IMG/VR virus record: IMGVR_UViG_3300027628_000007
Reading direction: 5' to 3' (one strand)
DNA: 64,000 bases
Source of the DNA: a virus
Lineage: Duplodnaviria; Heunggongvirae; Uroviricota; Caudoviricetes
Position 1 is the first letter of the stretch; the number at the start of each line of letters is the position of its first letter. Made by a program: the position numbers and the translations under genes. Below are positions 28,369 through 37,914 of the stretch, piece after piece. Below the pieces are notes generated by a model that did no database searches, had not been told where the DNA came from, and saw nothing but the letters and a program-made list of their open reading frames with translations.

Positions 28369-28678
28369 ATCAGAAGAAGAAGTAGATGAAGTAATTGCTA
28401 ACATGGTCGCTAGGACGAAAGGTAAGTATATAACACAAGGCGTTTCTTTTAATAAAACCTGCCCAAGACAAATGGATTTATTAAAGAAGGCTCTTATGTC
28501 ATCCGCTTCTTTTAGCGGATTGGCAAAAGAGTCTTTGGCTCTAAGATTTTCAAGCCCTGCCCCTGCTTCTCCTGCTGATAATAGAGTATATGTCCAGAAA
28601 CAACCTAGTATGTCTAGAAATGTGGAAAACTTATCAGAAAATAAGAAGAAGCCAAAGAATACAGGAAACTTTCTATAA
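28355..28678 (+). CDS. Putative ParR-like adaptor
   Basis: Small basic protein overlapping the parM stop; disordered C-tail. Confidence 0.6.
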   Translation: MTWFKSEEEVDEVIANMVARTKGKYITQGVSFNKTCPRQMDLLKKALMSSASFSGLAKESLALRFSSPAPASPADNRVYVQKQPSMSRNVENLSENKKKPKNTGNFL

Positions 28679-28720
28679 TTTAAAGGAACTTTTAAACTAT
28701 GGTGGGCATATGCTGATATT

Positions 28721-28820
28721 AGATAAAAAAGTTTAAAATAACTTTAAAAATCTTTAAAAATACGAAAAAATAGCAAAAAATACGTAAAAAGTTAGAAAAA
28801 ATCAAGGAAAATCAATAAAA
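28721..28820. repeat. Ten consecutive 10-bp phased A-tract units
   Basis: Each 10-mer ends in an A-rich run. Confidence 0.85.
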
Positions 28821-28832
28821 GGAGAGATTTTT

Positions 28833-29039
28833 GTGGAAATTATCAAGTTTAATGACTTTATGAGTGGGAATTATAGCCATAAGAAGTATATATCCGTTTC
28901 AGAAGCGGTTTTAATGACAGCATTCAAGACTATAGCCATCATGGGTGTTGCGATATTTGGGATGATATTCTTTGAGCAATTCATGCACATGATGCAGGTG
29001 ACAGACGTGCTTACATTTAGACCAATAGGAGGTGTCTAA
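28833..29039 (+). CDS. Small membrane protein
   Basis: One TM helix, RBS. Confidence 0.65.
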   Translation: MEIIKFNDFMSGNYSHKKYISVSEAVLMTAFKTIAIMGVAIFGMIFFEQFMHMMQVTDVLTFRPIGGV

Positions 29040-29118
29040 AGGTAAGAGGGTGAAATGTCTAAATGAAATGCGGAAAGTGTCTAAAGGTCGATGGTATATT
29101 TCTAGATTAAGTGTCTAA
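29033..29118 (+). repeat. Four TGTCTAA direct repeats
   Basis: At 29033, 29056, 29078, 29112. Confidence 0.75.
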
Positions 29119-29234
29119 GAGGGGGTGCTAAATTGCAATTTGGTACTTTTGAGACATGATAAATCCCATTGTTACCAAGGGGTTTCGAGATTTTCTGATT
29201 TGCTAACTTTATTATATAAAGGAGTCGATTCGAG

Positions 29235-29732
29235 ATGGCAAATGCGACTATGAGTTTTAAGAGAAAAGGGAATGATTTAGTTTGGAGCAAAGGAGAGAAT
29301 GCGTTGGTTGTAATGCAGAAATCCTTACCACTTTCTACGGCACTTGTCGTAGATGTCCCACGCATCAAGGAATCAATTAAGGCGTATGCCAAAAAGGGAT
29401 TAGGTGATGGTCGGTTTGCAACTGTAGCTGTCGGTAGCAGTGGAGTATTCTGGAAAGCGTTTCTGGTTTACATCTTCCCTTGGATGCTTGATATTGCCAA
29501 AGTATATTGTGCTATCAAAATATGTCAAGCTTTCTATGAAGAGAAGCGTGGAGGTCGTGAAGGTGGAACAGGATTTGGGGCATTGGTACAATATGGTAAA
29601 TGGTATCTAGTATTCTGGTTAATCCCTTGGGGCGTAGAACTTATCGACCAATTAGGCGGTCAAATGTTTAATGACCTTAAAACAAAAGGATTGGAGTTAG
29701 ATAATCCAACATTTAGTCCTTACAGAAAGTAG
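29235..29732 (+). CDS. Two-TM membrane protein (VirB2/TrbC pilin-like topology)
   Basis: Two hydrophobic helices around a short Gly-rich charged loop. Confidence 0.6.
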   Translation: MANATMSFKRKGNDLVWSKGENALVVMQKSLPLSTALVVDVPRIKESIKAYAKKGLGDGRFATVAVGSSGVFWKAFLVYIFPWMLDIAKVYCAIKICQAFYEEKRGGREGGTGFGALVQYGKWYLVFWLIPWGVELIDQLGGQMFNDLKTKGLELDNPTFSPYRK

Positions 29733-29740
29733 GTGATATT

Positions 29741-30436
29741 ATGAAGGTTAAATTAAATGGTAATTATTACTACGAAGTGTCGAGTCCATTTGGCGTGACG
29801 GACTCTGTGCACAAAACGGCTCATACAGGTATTGATTTAGTCATGGAAGAGGGAACGAGATTATTCAGTCCTGTGCATGGAGTTGTAGATAAAATAGTGG
29901 ATTATGGGAATGATAATATAGGGAAGGGTGTAATGATTAAGACGGATACAGGTGAGACAGTGATAATGGGTCACATGTCTGACACATCTAGTATCCATGT
30001 AGGTGATGAGGTCAACGTAGGTGGGTTTGTCGGTTTGTCTGGGAATACAGGTCATAGCACTGGTGCTCATCTGCATCTAGGGTTGAAAGACCGATGGGGT
30101 AATATCATCAACCCAGACAGACTGCTTGCTCATGAAGAGTTGAACAAAGTCGCAGATAAGAGTTGGATTGAATTTCTAAATGATTGGAGGAAAGAAGGGT
30201 TCTGGCACGCAATGTATGACAAGAGCTTCTTCGAAGTTATGAAAGATGGATTTACACAGTTGTTTCACGATGCATCACGATTTGTATTAGAAAATTCAGA
30301 TTTATTCTTTTTACTACCTGCAATAATATTGATGTTTGGAACATTCTTTATAGGGAAGAATAAATACTCAAAATTTATAATTCCTTTATGGATGGGTTAT
30401 TTTGTCACAAGCATTCTGAATAAACTATATATGTAG
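29741..30436 (+). CDS. M23 peptidase with C-terminal TM segments
   Basis: HTGID and HLHLG zinc motifs. Confidence 0.9.
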   Translation: MKVKLNGNYYYEVSSPFGVTDSVHKTAHTGIDLVMEEGTRLFSPVHGVVDKIVDYGNDNIGKGVMIKTDTGETVIMGHMSDTSSIHVGDEVNVGGFVGLSGNTGHSTGAHLHLGLKDRWGNIINPDRLLAHEELNKVADKSWIEFLNDWRKEGFWHAMYDKSFFEVMKDGFTQLFHDASRFVLENSDLFFLLPAIILMFGTFFIGKNKYSKFIIPLWMGYFVTSILNKLYM

Positions 30437-30460
30437 ACTAAAACAAAGGGAGAGGTTAAT

Positions 30461-30613
30461 ATGGAATTTTGGTTATTGGCAAAAGTTGGCATGGTTGTTA
30501 AAGCTATCGTTTCTGGTGGATATGCGGTTGCATCTGGATACGCAATCAAAGCAAGTATGAGATATGTATCTGATTACAAAGAATCAGTAGCTAATGAGAA
30601 AGAGGTGAAATAA
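30461..30613 (+). CDS. Small membrane protein (50 aa, not in ORF track)
   Basis: GGAGAGG RBS; stop abuts the ATPase ATG. Confidence 0.65.
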   Translation: MEFWLLAKVGMVVKAIVSGGYAVASGYAIKASMRYVSDYKESVANEKEVK

Positions 30614-33421
30614 ATGTTAGAATATCCTCCTGTAATAGTTGAACCTGCACAACCACCTGCATTATGGAAGAAAAAGCGTAAAAGCTTCAACCTTAAAGAG
30701 TTTGTTAATTTATATCGTGAACCTGTAATCACATACTGCATCACTCCAAATAATGCACCAGAAGTCACCCATAGAGAAAGAGGTGGCAGAAGAAGACCAG
30801 TGGATTTTGAAGAGGATGTGTACAATCAACGTCACACATCCGAACTTCTTTTAAATACAATTAACGGATTATTCGCAAAGTTTTATGCACCAGAGAGAAT
30901 TAGATTTTACAAGAATGGTATCAAGATTAAAATGAATGATGTCGTAAGTTATAAGATTGCTATAATAGATGGAGCGATGAAATTTTATCTGACTGTCCCT
31001 AAGAAGTGGGCTAAGAGTTTTACTAGTGCCATTAGGAAAGATTGGGGTCAAGTTGATATTTCGGAAGTATCCGAAAAAATAATAGACTTTAATCCTTCTA
31101 GGACTAAGGCTATGGAGGTGCACTTACGACATCATTACGCTCTGTCTTTGAAACACGATAAAAATCATACGGATTCCTTTTACTCATCACTTGCATCATT
31201 AGCATCAACGATGAGTGCAGAAGATAAATTGCTGATTGACTTTAATATTGAACCAATTAATAACGGTTGGAAAGATAAGGCAAGTAAAAAGATTAAGCAG
31301 TTTAAAGATGGCAAAGCACCAAATAGAGAAGATGGGTTTACAGTTGGTGGGATATTGGGCAGAGTGTTTGATATGTTTAATGTGATATTTGATGAGTTTA
31401 TTGATATGTTGGAGAGCATCATGGGAGCAGAGACTAAGAAAATTAAGAAATCAGAACAGTTGTTCGATTTAAGATATAGTGATTATAAGATGCACGCAAA
31501 CTCAAAAGGATATAAGATGCAAACTAGAGTGCTAGGTCAATCCACTGATGATAAGAAAATAAAACATGCTTTCCGAAATATCGAAACATCATTCCAATTG
31601 TTAAATGGTGATAATAAATTTACAGTCACTCATATCAAAACTAAACGTGGTATCAAAGCTGTGATAAATGCAGTGGAAGAAAATAGACCGATACTTGGAA
31701 GAACACCAGATGTCTTTTTTGAGAAAGAGATGAACAATGTTTTACGTATACCTAGTAAGACAACTCTTAAAGAATATCATAAGATTATCCTGCAAGACAA
31801 CTTTACTAGGACTGAAATCAGTGCAGACTTCTTTTCAGAGAAACATGGTGCGATTCCACTTGGATATACTCTTGAAAAAGAATCTAGAAAAATATACTTT
31901 GGTGGATACAAAAGGGACTGGTGGGACAGCAAGGGTAGATATGTTAAGGATAAGACACGCTTAGATGACCGTAGCACTGCCACCATGCTCTTTGGGACGA
32001 TGGGTAGTGGTAAGACTACCATGAGCGAAACACAAGCTCTATACACCTTTGGAGCACATTTAAACGATAGGGAGGAATGGGAGAAGCAAAGTAAGTCTGT
32101 TGTAGTGTTTGATGTAGCGGATGGAGGTATGATAAAGAACATCTATAACCATGTACCAGAGTGGTTGAGAGATAGGGTTGTAATATTGAATCATAGTAAC
32201 TTCAAGAATCCAATCGCAGTTAACAATGCAGACCTTCAAGAATATAATGAAGAAGTAATGCAAGACGAAGATTATGCTTATACGCTTGCCGAAATGGAGT
32301 CAAGACTAGTGTTGGAGATTTTAGAATCAGATAAAACTATGGCAATGAATAGATGGTTTACATCTGCACTGCAAGCTGTGCACATGATTGATAAGGATTG
32401 GGGATATATAGAAGCAATGAAGATACTAATTGATGATGATTTCAGAGCAGAGAAAGTAATCCCTAGACTTACAGATAGACGTTTGAAGTTAGAGATTAGC
32501 ACTTACCATAATATGGCAATGAATGGTGAGACATTAAAAATCATACAAACAATCGAAAATAGATTCTCACAATTAGAACGTGACCAGAAGCTCTGGGATT
32601 GTATCGCTCAAAAGCCGTTACGAGATGAAGATGGTAAAGTGAAGTTGAATTTCCGTAAGATGATGGATGGAGATAAAGATGGGGCATATATGATTCTTGT
32701 ATATATTCCAAAGACTGGTGTATCAGATATTTACAGAAAATTCATATTTGCTCATTACTTTACTAAAGTTTGGAATGTAGCATTGTCACGTGAAGCAGGA
32801 TTTGCAGGACGTGAATGGCGACCAGAGACATTGGTTGTACTGGATGAGATTCACCAGATATTGGATATTAAGATGATAGCCAAATTGTTTATTGATTTAT
32901 TTAAAGAGCCAAGGAAATACTCTCTACGACTCTGGTTGACTCTGCATGGATGGTCGTCATTGGCGAAAGCAGGTAGAGGTTATGAAGGAGATATAAAACA
33001 GTCTATTATGGATAATGGATGTAACTTAGTTATGTTAAAAGGTGGAGGGGAAGCATTTGAGAGTTTAGTTGACTTTCTGCAACCTATGACAATTGCAGAC
33101 TTCAACAATCTAATGAATATGGAATACTGTGGAATATTTGCAATCCGTTGGAAGAATAAGAACCATGTGTTTCAAGCAAGGCTTGGCGAACCTTTAGATA
33201 AGAATTCAGATTTTACAGAATTTAGCAAATTTGATTCAGATTTCTTGAAGACATATCAGTCTCCATATGGTAGAAGTAAGGATGAAGTTAGGGATGATAA
33301 TCTGGACAGAAGCTATGACATGATTAAGAAGGCAATCGAAAATGACATTGGAGGTGACGAACCTTGGGACGATTTAGAAGAGGTTGGTATGAAAGAGAAG
33401 AAGTCTCCAAAGTTACACTAG
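30614..33421 (+). CDS. VirD4/VirB4/HerA-FtsK superfamily ATPase
   Basis: GTMGSGKT Walker A, VVLDEIHQ Walker B, RKY.L motif. Confidence 0.85.
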   Translation: MLEYPPVIVEPAQPPALWKKKRKSFNLKEFVNLYREPVITYCITPNNAPEVTHRERGGRRRPVDFEEDVYNQRHTSELLLNTINGLFAKFYAPERIRFYKNGIKIKMNDVVSYKIAIIDGAMKFYLTVPKKWAKSFTSAIRKDWGQVDISEVSEKIIDFNPSRTKAMEVHLRHHYALSLKHDKNHTDSFYSSLASLASTMSAEDKLLIDFNIEPINNGWKDKASKKIKQFKDGKAPNREDGFTVGGILGRVFDMFNVIFDEFIDMLESIMGAETKKIKKSEQLFDLRYSDYKMHANSKGYKMQTRVLGQSTDDKKIKHAFRNIETSFQLLNGDNKFTVTHIKTKRGIKAVINAVEENRPILGRTPDVFFEKEMNNVLRIPSKTTLKEYHKIILQDNFTRTEISADFFSEKHGAIPLGYTLEKESRKIYFGGYKRDWWDSKGRYVKDKTRLDDRSTATMLFGTMGSGKTTMSETQALYTFGAHLNDREEWEKQSKSVVVFDVADGGMIKNIYNHVPEWLRDRVVILNHSNFKNPIAVNNADLQEYNEEVMQDEDYAYTLAEMESRLVLEILESDKTMAMNRWFTSALQAVHMIDKDWGYIEAMKILIDDDFRAEKVIPRLTDRRLKLEISTYHNMAMNGETLKIIQTIENRFSQLERDQKLWDCIAQKPLRDEDGKVKLNFRKMMDGDKDGAYMILVYIPKTGVSDIYRKFIFAHYFTKVWNVALSREAGFAGREWRPETLVVLDEIHQILDIKMIAKLFIDLFKEPRKYSLRLWLTLHGWSSLAKAGRGYEGDIKQSIMDNGCNLVMLKGGGEAFESLVDFLQPMTIADFNNLMNMEYCGIFAIRWKNKNHVFQARLGEPLDKNSDFTEFSKFDSDFLKTYQSPYGRSKDEVRDDNLDRSYDMIKKAIENDIGGDEPWDDLEEVGMKEKKSPKLH

Positions 33422-34230
33422 ACTGGTTAAAGTCCAATGTACGGTTAACCCATAGGGAAATGGAGTTGCTACAGGTCGTATCGGAACGCAAGCTAGTTAA
33501 CCGAGAACATTTGGAGACTCTAGTACCATCATACAGACACTTGGGTGAAAATAGAACAAGGCTCATTAATCGCTCTATTAGGAAGTTATTTGATAACATG
33601 TGTCTGGATAAGATACATGAGAAACAAGATTTAGGCAAAGGTAACTCACCTTGTATAGTTGCTTTAGATAGGGGTGGCTCTTTACTACTAAACCTCTCTC
33701 ACAAAAGAAGGATACCACATCACAAGATGATGGTCAATGGTCAAGCTGAAATAAGAAGAAGTGTCCCACTGACGTATAGACATGCAAACGGTATTAATCA
33801 GACAGAAGTCGATACTATATTGTTTTGTGAAGAGAATGGGTATGAGATTCTGGAATGGTCACATGAAAAAGGCAAGGCATTTAATTACAATAATGAGAAG
33901 ATTCTAATGATTCCAGATGTTTCCATAAAGTTGAAAATCAAAAATAAGACCATAAATATATTCTTAGAATACGATACAGGTAAGGAAGGTATAAGAAGTA
34001 AGAAATCATTTCCAGTCATTCATGAGAAGGTCTTGAACTACAGGAAGTATAAGCTGTCTAAATTATGGGCAGAGGATTTCACTTACTTCCCATTAGTATT
34101 TTTGGTAACGGAAGATGAGCATCGGATTCCATATTTCAACCAGAAATGTAAAGAACATGGGGTGCAGGGGTATGGAATCTATTATGAAAATTACATTAAA
34201 TTTCTATCGCATCTAGCCAAAAAGGTCTAG
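33364..34230 (+). CDS. Replication-relaxation (Replic_Relax-like) protein
   Basis: N-terminal wHTH, H..GIN, IPD...FLEYDTG PD-(D/E)xK-like core. Confidence 0.8.
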   Translation: MGRFRRGWYEREEVSKVTLDWLKSNVRLTHREMELLQVVSERKLVNREHLETLVPSYRHLGENRTRLINRSIRKLFDNMCLDKIHEKQDLGKGNSPCIVALDRGGSLLLNLSHKRRIPHHKMMVNGQAEIRRSVPLTYRHANGINQTEVDTILFCEENGYEILEWSHEKGKAFNYNNEKILMIPDVSIKLKIKNKTINIFLEYDTGKEGIRSKKSFPVIHEKVLNYRKYKLSKLWAEDFTYFPLVFLVTEDEHRIPYFNQKCKEHGVQGYGIYYENYIKFLSHLAKKV

Positions 34231-34386
34231 ATGCTTTTTTCGCACGCTTAATGGACAAGTAATGCAATTGCACCAGAATTAAATTAGAAACGCTGTATGA
34301 GCCTTCTAGGGGCTTTAAAACGCATTCTGGATAGCGTGAGGATGTGCACGTAAAAAAAATAATTACATAATATGTGTTATATTCTG

Positions 34387-34415
34387 TTGACTCTGTTCAT
34401 AAAGTATACTATAAT
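34387..34415 (+). promoter_or_regulatory. Promoter of recombinase 1 (class A half-site)
   Basis: TCTG-TTGACT-17-TATAAT. Confidence 0.75.
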
Positions 34416-34459
34416 TTCGTTATAGGGTACTTAGGTACGAAAACAGGAGGATGATAAAT

Positions 34460-35476
34460 ATGAGTAAATTAGGAAACGTTGTACAGTTAAATGGTAAAGG
34501 TGAAAATAAAGACCCATACGCTACTATCCACACATACTTAACACGTAAAGGTCAAGACAGTGTAAATACGAGAGATACTTACGGAAGACATATCCGAGAC
34601 TTCTTTAAAACAATGAGAAATAAAGAAATTGAGGAATTAGTTGAAGCAGACCTAATCTTTGACAAGAAGCAAATTAAAGCTTATCAAGTTGCTCTGAAAG
34701 AACAGTATAAGGGTAGTACGGTTAACAATACAATGACAGCACTAAAAGAATGCTACGACCAACTTCAAGAAGATGGTTTCGCAGTGGATGTAGCTTGGTT
34801 TAATGTAGAGCGTTACGATGAGCACGATTCTGAAAGTTGGGATGCCTTCACACATGAGGAAGTAGTTGAGGTTATTAATTTAATTTCCAAGACAAGAAAA
34901 GGAAGAGAGAAAGCTTTATTAGTACGTTTGGCATATGCAACTGCATTCCGTAAAGAATCTTTGCTTCGCTTGAAATTTAGTGACATCACTGACATCAACG
35001 GTATCTGGTTTATCAAGACATTAGGTAAAGGTAATAAGTGGTCACACAAGAAGCTCACTGACGATTTGTATGCAGAGATTATGGACTTTAAGGAAGAAGT
35101 TGGCAGAGAGAAAATCTTCACACTGACGAACAAGACTGTTAGAAAGATGATGGATTTAATCAGAGAGAATATGGATTTTGGTGACAGAAGAATCGTCTTC
35201 CACAGTTTCAAGAAAGCTTCTGTTGAGGAAGTTAATGTAATCAGTGGTGGAGATTTAAAAGCAATGCAGGCTCACGCTGACCATAGTGACGGTACAACTA
35301 CAGTTAATAATTATCTTGCCAAAAAGAAATTAGAAGACCTTGTTACTGTAGATGTAAATAACCACGTACCAGTTGAGAAGTTTGAAGAGCTGTCAAAAGA
35401 AGAACTTGTAGAGCTTCTGAAAAAGACAGACCGCAACACACAAATAAAATTACTTCGTGAGATGGGTGCAATGTAA
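34460..35476 (+). CDS. Tyrosine recombinase-fold protein with HxxK instead of HxxR
   Basis: TAFRKE, GKGNK, HSFKK, HADH, NNY; start refined by RBS. Confidence 0.85.
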   Translation: MSKLGNVVQLNGKGENKDPYATIHTYLTRKGQDSVNTRDTYGRHIRDFFKTMRNKEIEELVEADLIFDKKQIKAYQVALKEQYKGSTVNNTMTALKECYDQLQEDGFAVDVAWFNVERYDEHDSESWDAFTHEEVVEVINLISKTRKGREKALLVRLAYATAFRKESLLRLKFSDITDINGIWFIKTLGKGNKWSHKKLTDDLYAEIMDFKEEVGREKIFTLTNKTVRKMMDLIRENMDFGDRRIVFHSFKKASVEEVNVISGGDLKAMQAHADHSDGTTTVNNYLAKKKLEDLVTVDVNNHVPVEKFEELSKEELVELLKKTDRNTQIKLLREMGAM

Positions 35477-35553
35477 CCCATCTTTTTTATTATTTGACAA
35501 ACATCTTCTAGGAGCATCCTGCATATAATAACAGTAGAAAGGGGGCTGATAAC

Positions 35554-35805
35554 ATGCAGTATTACACTAAAGAAGGTTTGAAGATGTGTGGTAAAGGACT
35601 TACACTTGCAACTATAGGAGCTTCATCGCAGGCGTTAATGACAATAGGTGCGAGTATGGTTTTGCAAGTACCGTTAGTTTTAGGGTTTGGGTATGTTATG
35701 TATTCCACTGGAAAGCAACTTTTCAAATTCTCGAAGAATGAATACAACAATATCCAAGGTGAAAGAATAAAGCTCATACAACTTAAAGAAAAAAAGAAAA
35801 AGTAG
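35554..35805 (+). CDS. Small membrane protein
   Basis: Hydrophobic core, basic tail, RBS. Confidence 0.65.
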   Translation: MQYYTKEGLKMCGKGLTLATIGASSQALMTIGASMVLQVPLVLGFGYVMYSTGKQLFKFSKNEYNNIQGERIKLIQLKEKKKK

Positions 35806-35880
35806 GAAACATTTAGGCAAACGCACATATAATAAAGTATAGAAAGAGAAAGCAAAAGAAACCAAAAGGAGAGGGTTTAA

Positions 35881-36117
35881 ATGACAGCAACGACAATCGA
35901 AAAGGTAAGTTTAGGAAGTTTATCTTTGGAAGCGGTAAGAGAGATTGTGGTAGTTATGAAGAAAAGAAAAATGAGTCATATTTATCCAAACAAAATCTCC
36001 AACGCTTCGTTGAGAAACGAAATCATTAGTGAAATAATCATTGACGAAGAGGATACGGTTTTCATTATGGTAAATGACGAACCAGTAATGCTTCCACAAT
36101 TCGCAATGGTTGTTTAA
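35881..36117 (+). CDS. Hypothetical protein
   Basis: ORF with RBS. Confidence 0.75.
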   Translation: MTATTIEKVSLGSLSLEAVREIVVVMKKRKMSHIYPNKISNASLRNEIISEIIIDEEDTVFIMVNDEPVMLPQFAMVV

Positions 36118-36129
36118 AATATAGCATCG

Positions 36130-36157
36130 CCCTCTCCTTGCGAGAGGGTTTTTATTT
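36130..36157 (+). terminator. Rho-independent terminator
   Basis: CCCTCTC-loop-GAGAGGG then T tract. Confidence 0.8.
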
Positions 36158-36174
36158 TCCAGTTTTTAGGCGAA

Positions 36175-36337
36175 TTTTAGGTGGTAGCTTAAATCGACTA
36201 ATATACAATATATATAAAACATATATATATACTAGATATGTATATAACTTAGAATAATATCTAAATTAGATATATATCTAAGTTTAATATATATCTAAAT
36301 ATATATTGTGTTAGTCGAAATAAGCTACCTGCTAAAA
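36175..36337. other. Putative replication origin: about 40-bp imperfect inverted arms around a very AT-rich core
   Basis: TTTTAGgtGGTAGCTTAaaTCGACTAA / TTAGTCGAaaTAAGCTACCtgCTAAAA; ATATCTAA repeats inside. Confidence 0.65.
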
Positions 36338-36358
36338 ATGCTATCAAAAAAAGGTGTC

Positions 36359-37210
36359 TTAGACACCTTTGAATTGATACTCATTTGCTTCCATGCTTTC
36401 TGACGTGCCTGTCGCTTCGCCAGACATAACCCAACCTTTATGATGGACATTTATATACCCTCTGTTCTTTAACGTCCCTAGATGCTTGTAGAAGGTGTCT
36501 CTGCTTATCCCCATTTCCAAAGTAATCTTATAAAGTGCAATTGCCTTTACATTATTGTTATAGCCATGACATTTATATTTAAAAAAGGAATACAGCATGA
36601 AGTCTATATTGTCTAGGTTCTCATCGTAGACAAAACTAAGAAACTCCTTTAACGTTATTCTATGGGTATTGTCGTAGTTATATAGAGTTCCGACATCTCC
36701 ATTGTATTCAAAGAAGAACACAGGCTCTTTGACTTCGTAGTTCCTATTCTTGACAATGGACTTAATTATGCTATAATTTACATCATCAACATCTAACATG
36801 TTGAAGGTCGTAAACTCTCTCATCAACATATTATTTAGTTTCTCTTCGGTATATTCAACATACACAGGATACTCCTTCGTTGTTCTCAACAATCCTGTCG
36901 TGTCGAGTATGCCGTTCTTTTTTATAACTTTATCAATGGTCTTGGTTGTTTTGTCATAGCCTAGAATTTGTTTAATGTCACTGTTCTGAATATATGTGCC
37001 ATTGTCAATATCGACAAAGTGAGCATACTTATATAAAAACGACACTGCAATTATGTAGGCATAAGCAAATGATGACTGTTGAATGTTCGTTTGTTTTCTG
37101 TTTTTGATTGAATCCGACAATTGACGAAATACACCATTAGGTATTTGTACATAGGCATTGTTTCCGTACAGTTGTTCGATATTCTTAAAGTGTTTATACA
37201 TATACATCAT
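36359..37210 (-). CDS. Putative replication initiator (wHTH-containing)
   Basis: C-terminal HTH (LYKITLEMGISRDTFYKHLGTLKNRGYI); abuts the origin-like repeat. Confidence 0.6.
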   Translation of the reverse strand: MMYMYKHFKNIEQLYGNNAYVQIPNGVFRQLSDSIKNRKQTNIQQSSFAYAYIIAVSFLYKYAHFVDIDNGTYIQNSDIKQILGYDKTTKTIDKVIKKNGILDTTGLLRTTKEYPVYVEYTEEKLNNMLMREFTTFNMLDVDDVNYSIIKSIVKNRNYEVKEPVFFFEYNGDVGTLYNYDNTHRITLKEFLSFVYDENLDNIDFMLYSFFKYKCHGYNNNVKAIALYKITLEMGISRDTFYKHLGTLKNRGYINVHHKGWVMSGEATGTSESMEANEYQFKGV

Positions 37211-37230
37211 ATCAACTCCTTACGTCTGTT

Positions 37231-37284
37231 TAAGCTACCTGCTTAACAATTACGATTATAGCATGTTGAAAGATTGGCTGTCAA
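37231..37284 (-). promoter_or_regulatory. rep promoter plus operator identical to the origin arm
   Basis: TTGACA-18-TATAAT (37255-37284); TAAGCTACCTGCT at 37231 equals 36321-36333. Confidence 0.75.
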
Positions 37285-37328
37285 ATAAACATCTATAATT
37301 TATACTTACGTTTATATAGCACGTTTCT

Positions 37329-37357
37329 TTGACAGAAGCTAAAAATAATAGTATAAT
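37329..37357 (+). promoter_or_regulatory. SigA promoter (class B-like spacer)
   Basis: TTGACA-17-TATAAT. Confidence 0.85.
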
Positions 37358-37413
37358 ATATACATAGAGGGTGGTCAAGACATCCTCACACATAGGATAG
37401 GTGGTGAGTAGAA

Positions 37414-37836
37414 TTGGGGTCTGTAGCAATAGACACGAAGAAAAAAGAGAGAGAGTTCGAACATTTAACTCTTTCTGACGAAAACGTAGTTAAATACCTA
37501 ATTCTATACAGAAGCAAAGTGGATACAACTTATGGTGCAAATACAAATATAGAAATCAACAGTGCAGGAGACACCTTCGACTTCAATCAAGAAATCGTAA
37601 CATTATACGCTTCCTTGGACAAGGCAGTTGGAGAAGCACTCCTAACACAGAAACAAGAGAAACTTTTGGAGATTCTTTATGAAGGCAATACAGTAAACGA
37701 TGCAAGCTTACTCTTAGGACAAAGTAGAGTAGCGGTGTTTAAAATGCTAGAACGAATCATCAAAAAGATTGTAGATGCGGATAATCAGATGTGGTATTAC
37801 ACAATGGGTAAAAACGGATTAATAATAACGGAATAA
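37414..37836 (+). CDS. Sigma-70 region 4-like HTH protein
   Basis: LTQKQEKLLEILYEG.TVND.S..LG.SR.AV. Confidence 0.75.
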   Translation: MGSVAIDTKKKEREFEHLTLSDENVVKYLILYRSKVDTTYGANTNIEINSAGDTFDFNQEIVTLYASLDKAVGEALLTQKQEKLLEILYEGNTVNDASLLLGQSRVAVFKMLERIIKKIVDADNQMWYYTMGKNGLIITE

Positions 37837-37914
37837 TGAAAGAAGGTATCGTTTAAATGAAAGCATTTTTAAAAACATCGGCAGACTTTGGCAATATGGA
37901 AGGGAATGTTAATA

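Noticed and set aside
35500-35545. SigK/SigE promoter before 35554 (GCATATATAA)
   Set aside because: The -10 is plausible but -35 spacing does not fit; too weak to call
36350-36370. AAAGGTGTCTTAGACACCTTT as a recombination site
   Set aside because: Better explained as the rep terminator (hairpin plus T7 on the minus strand)
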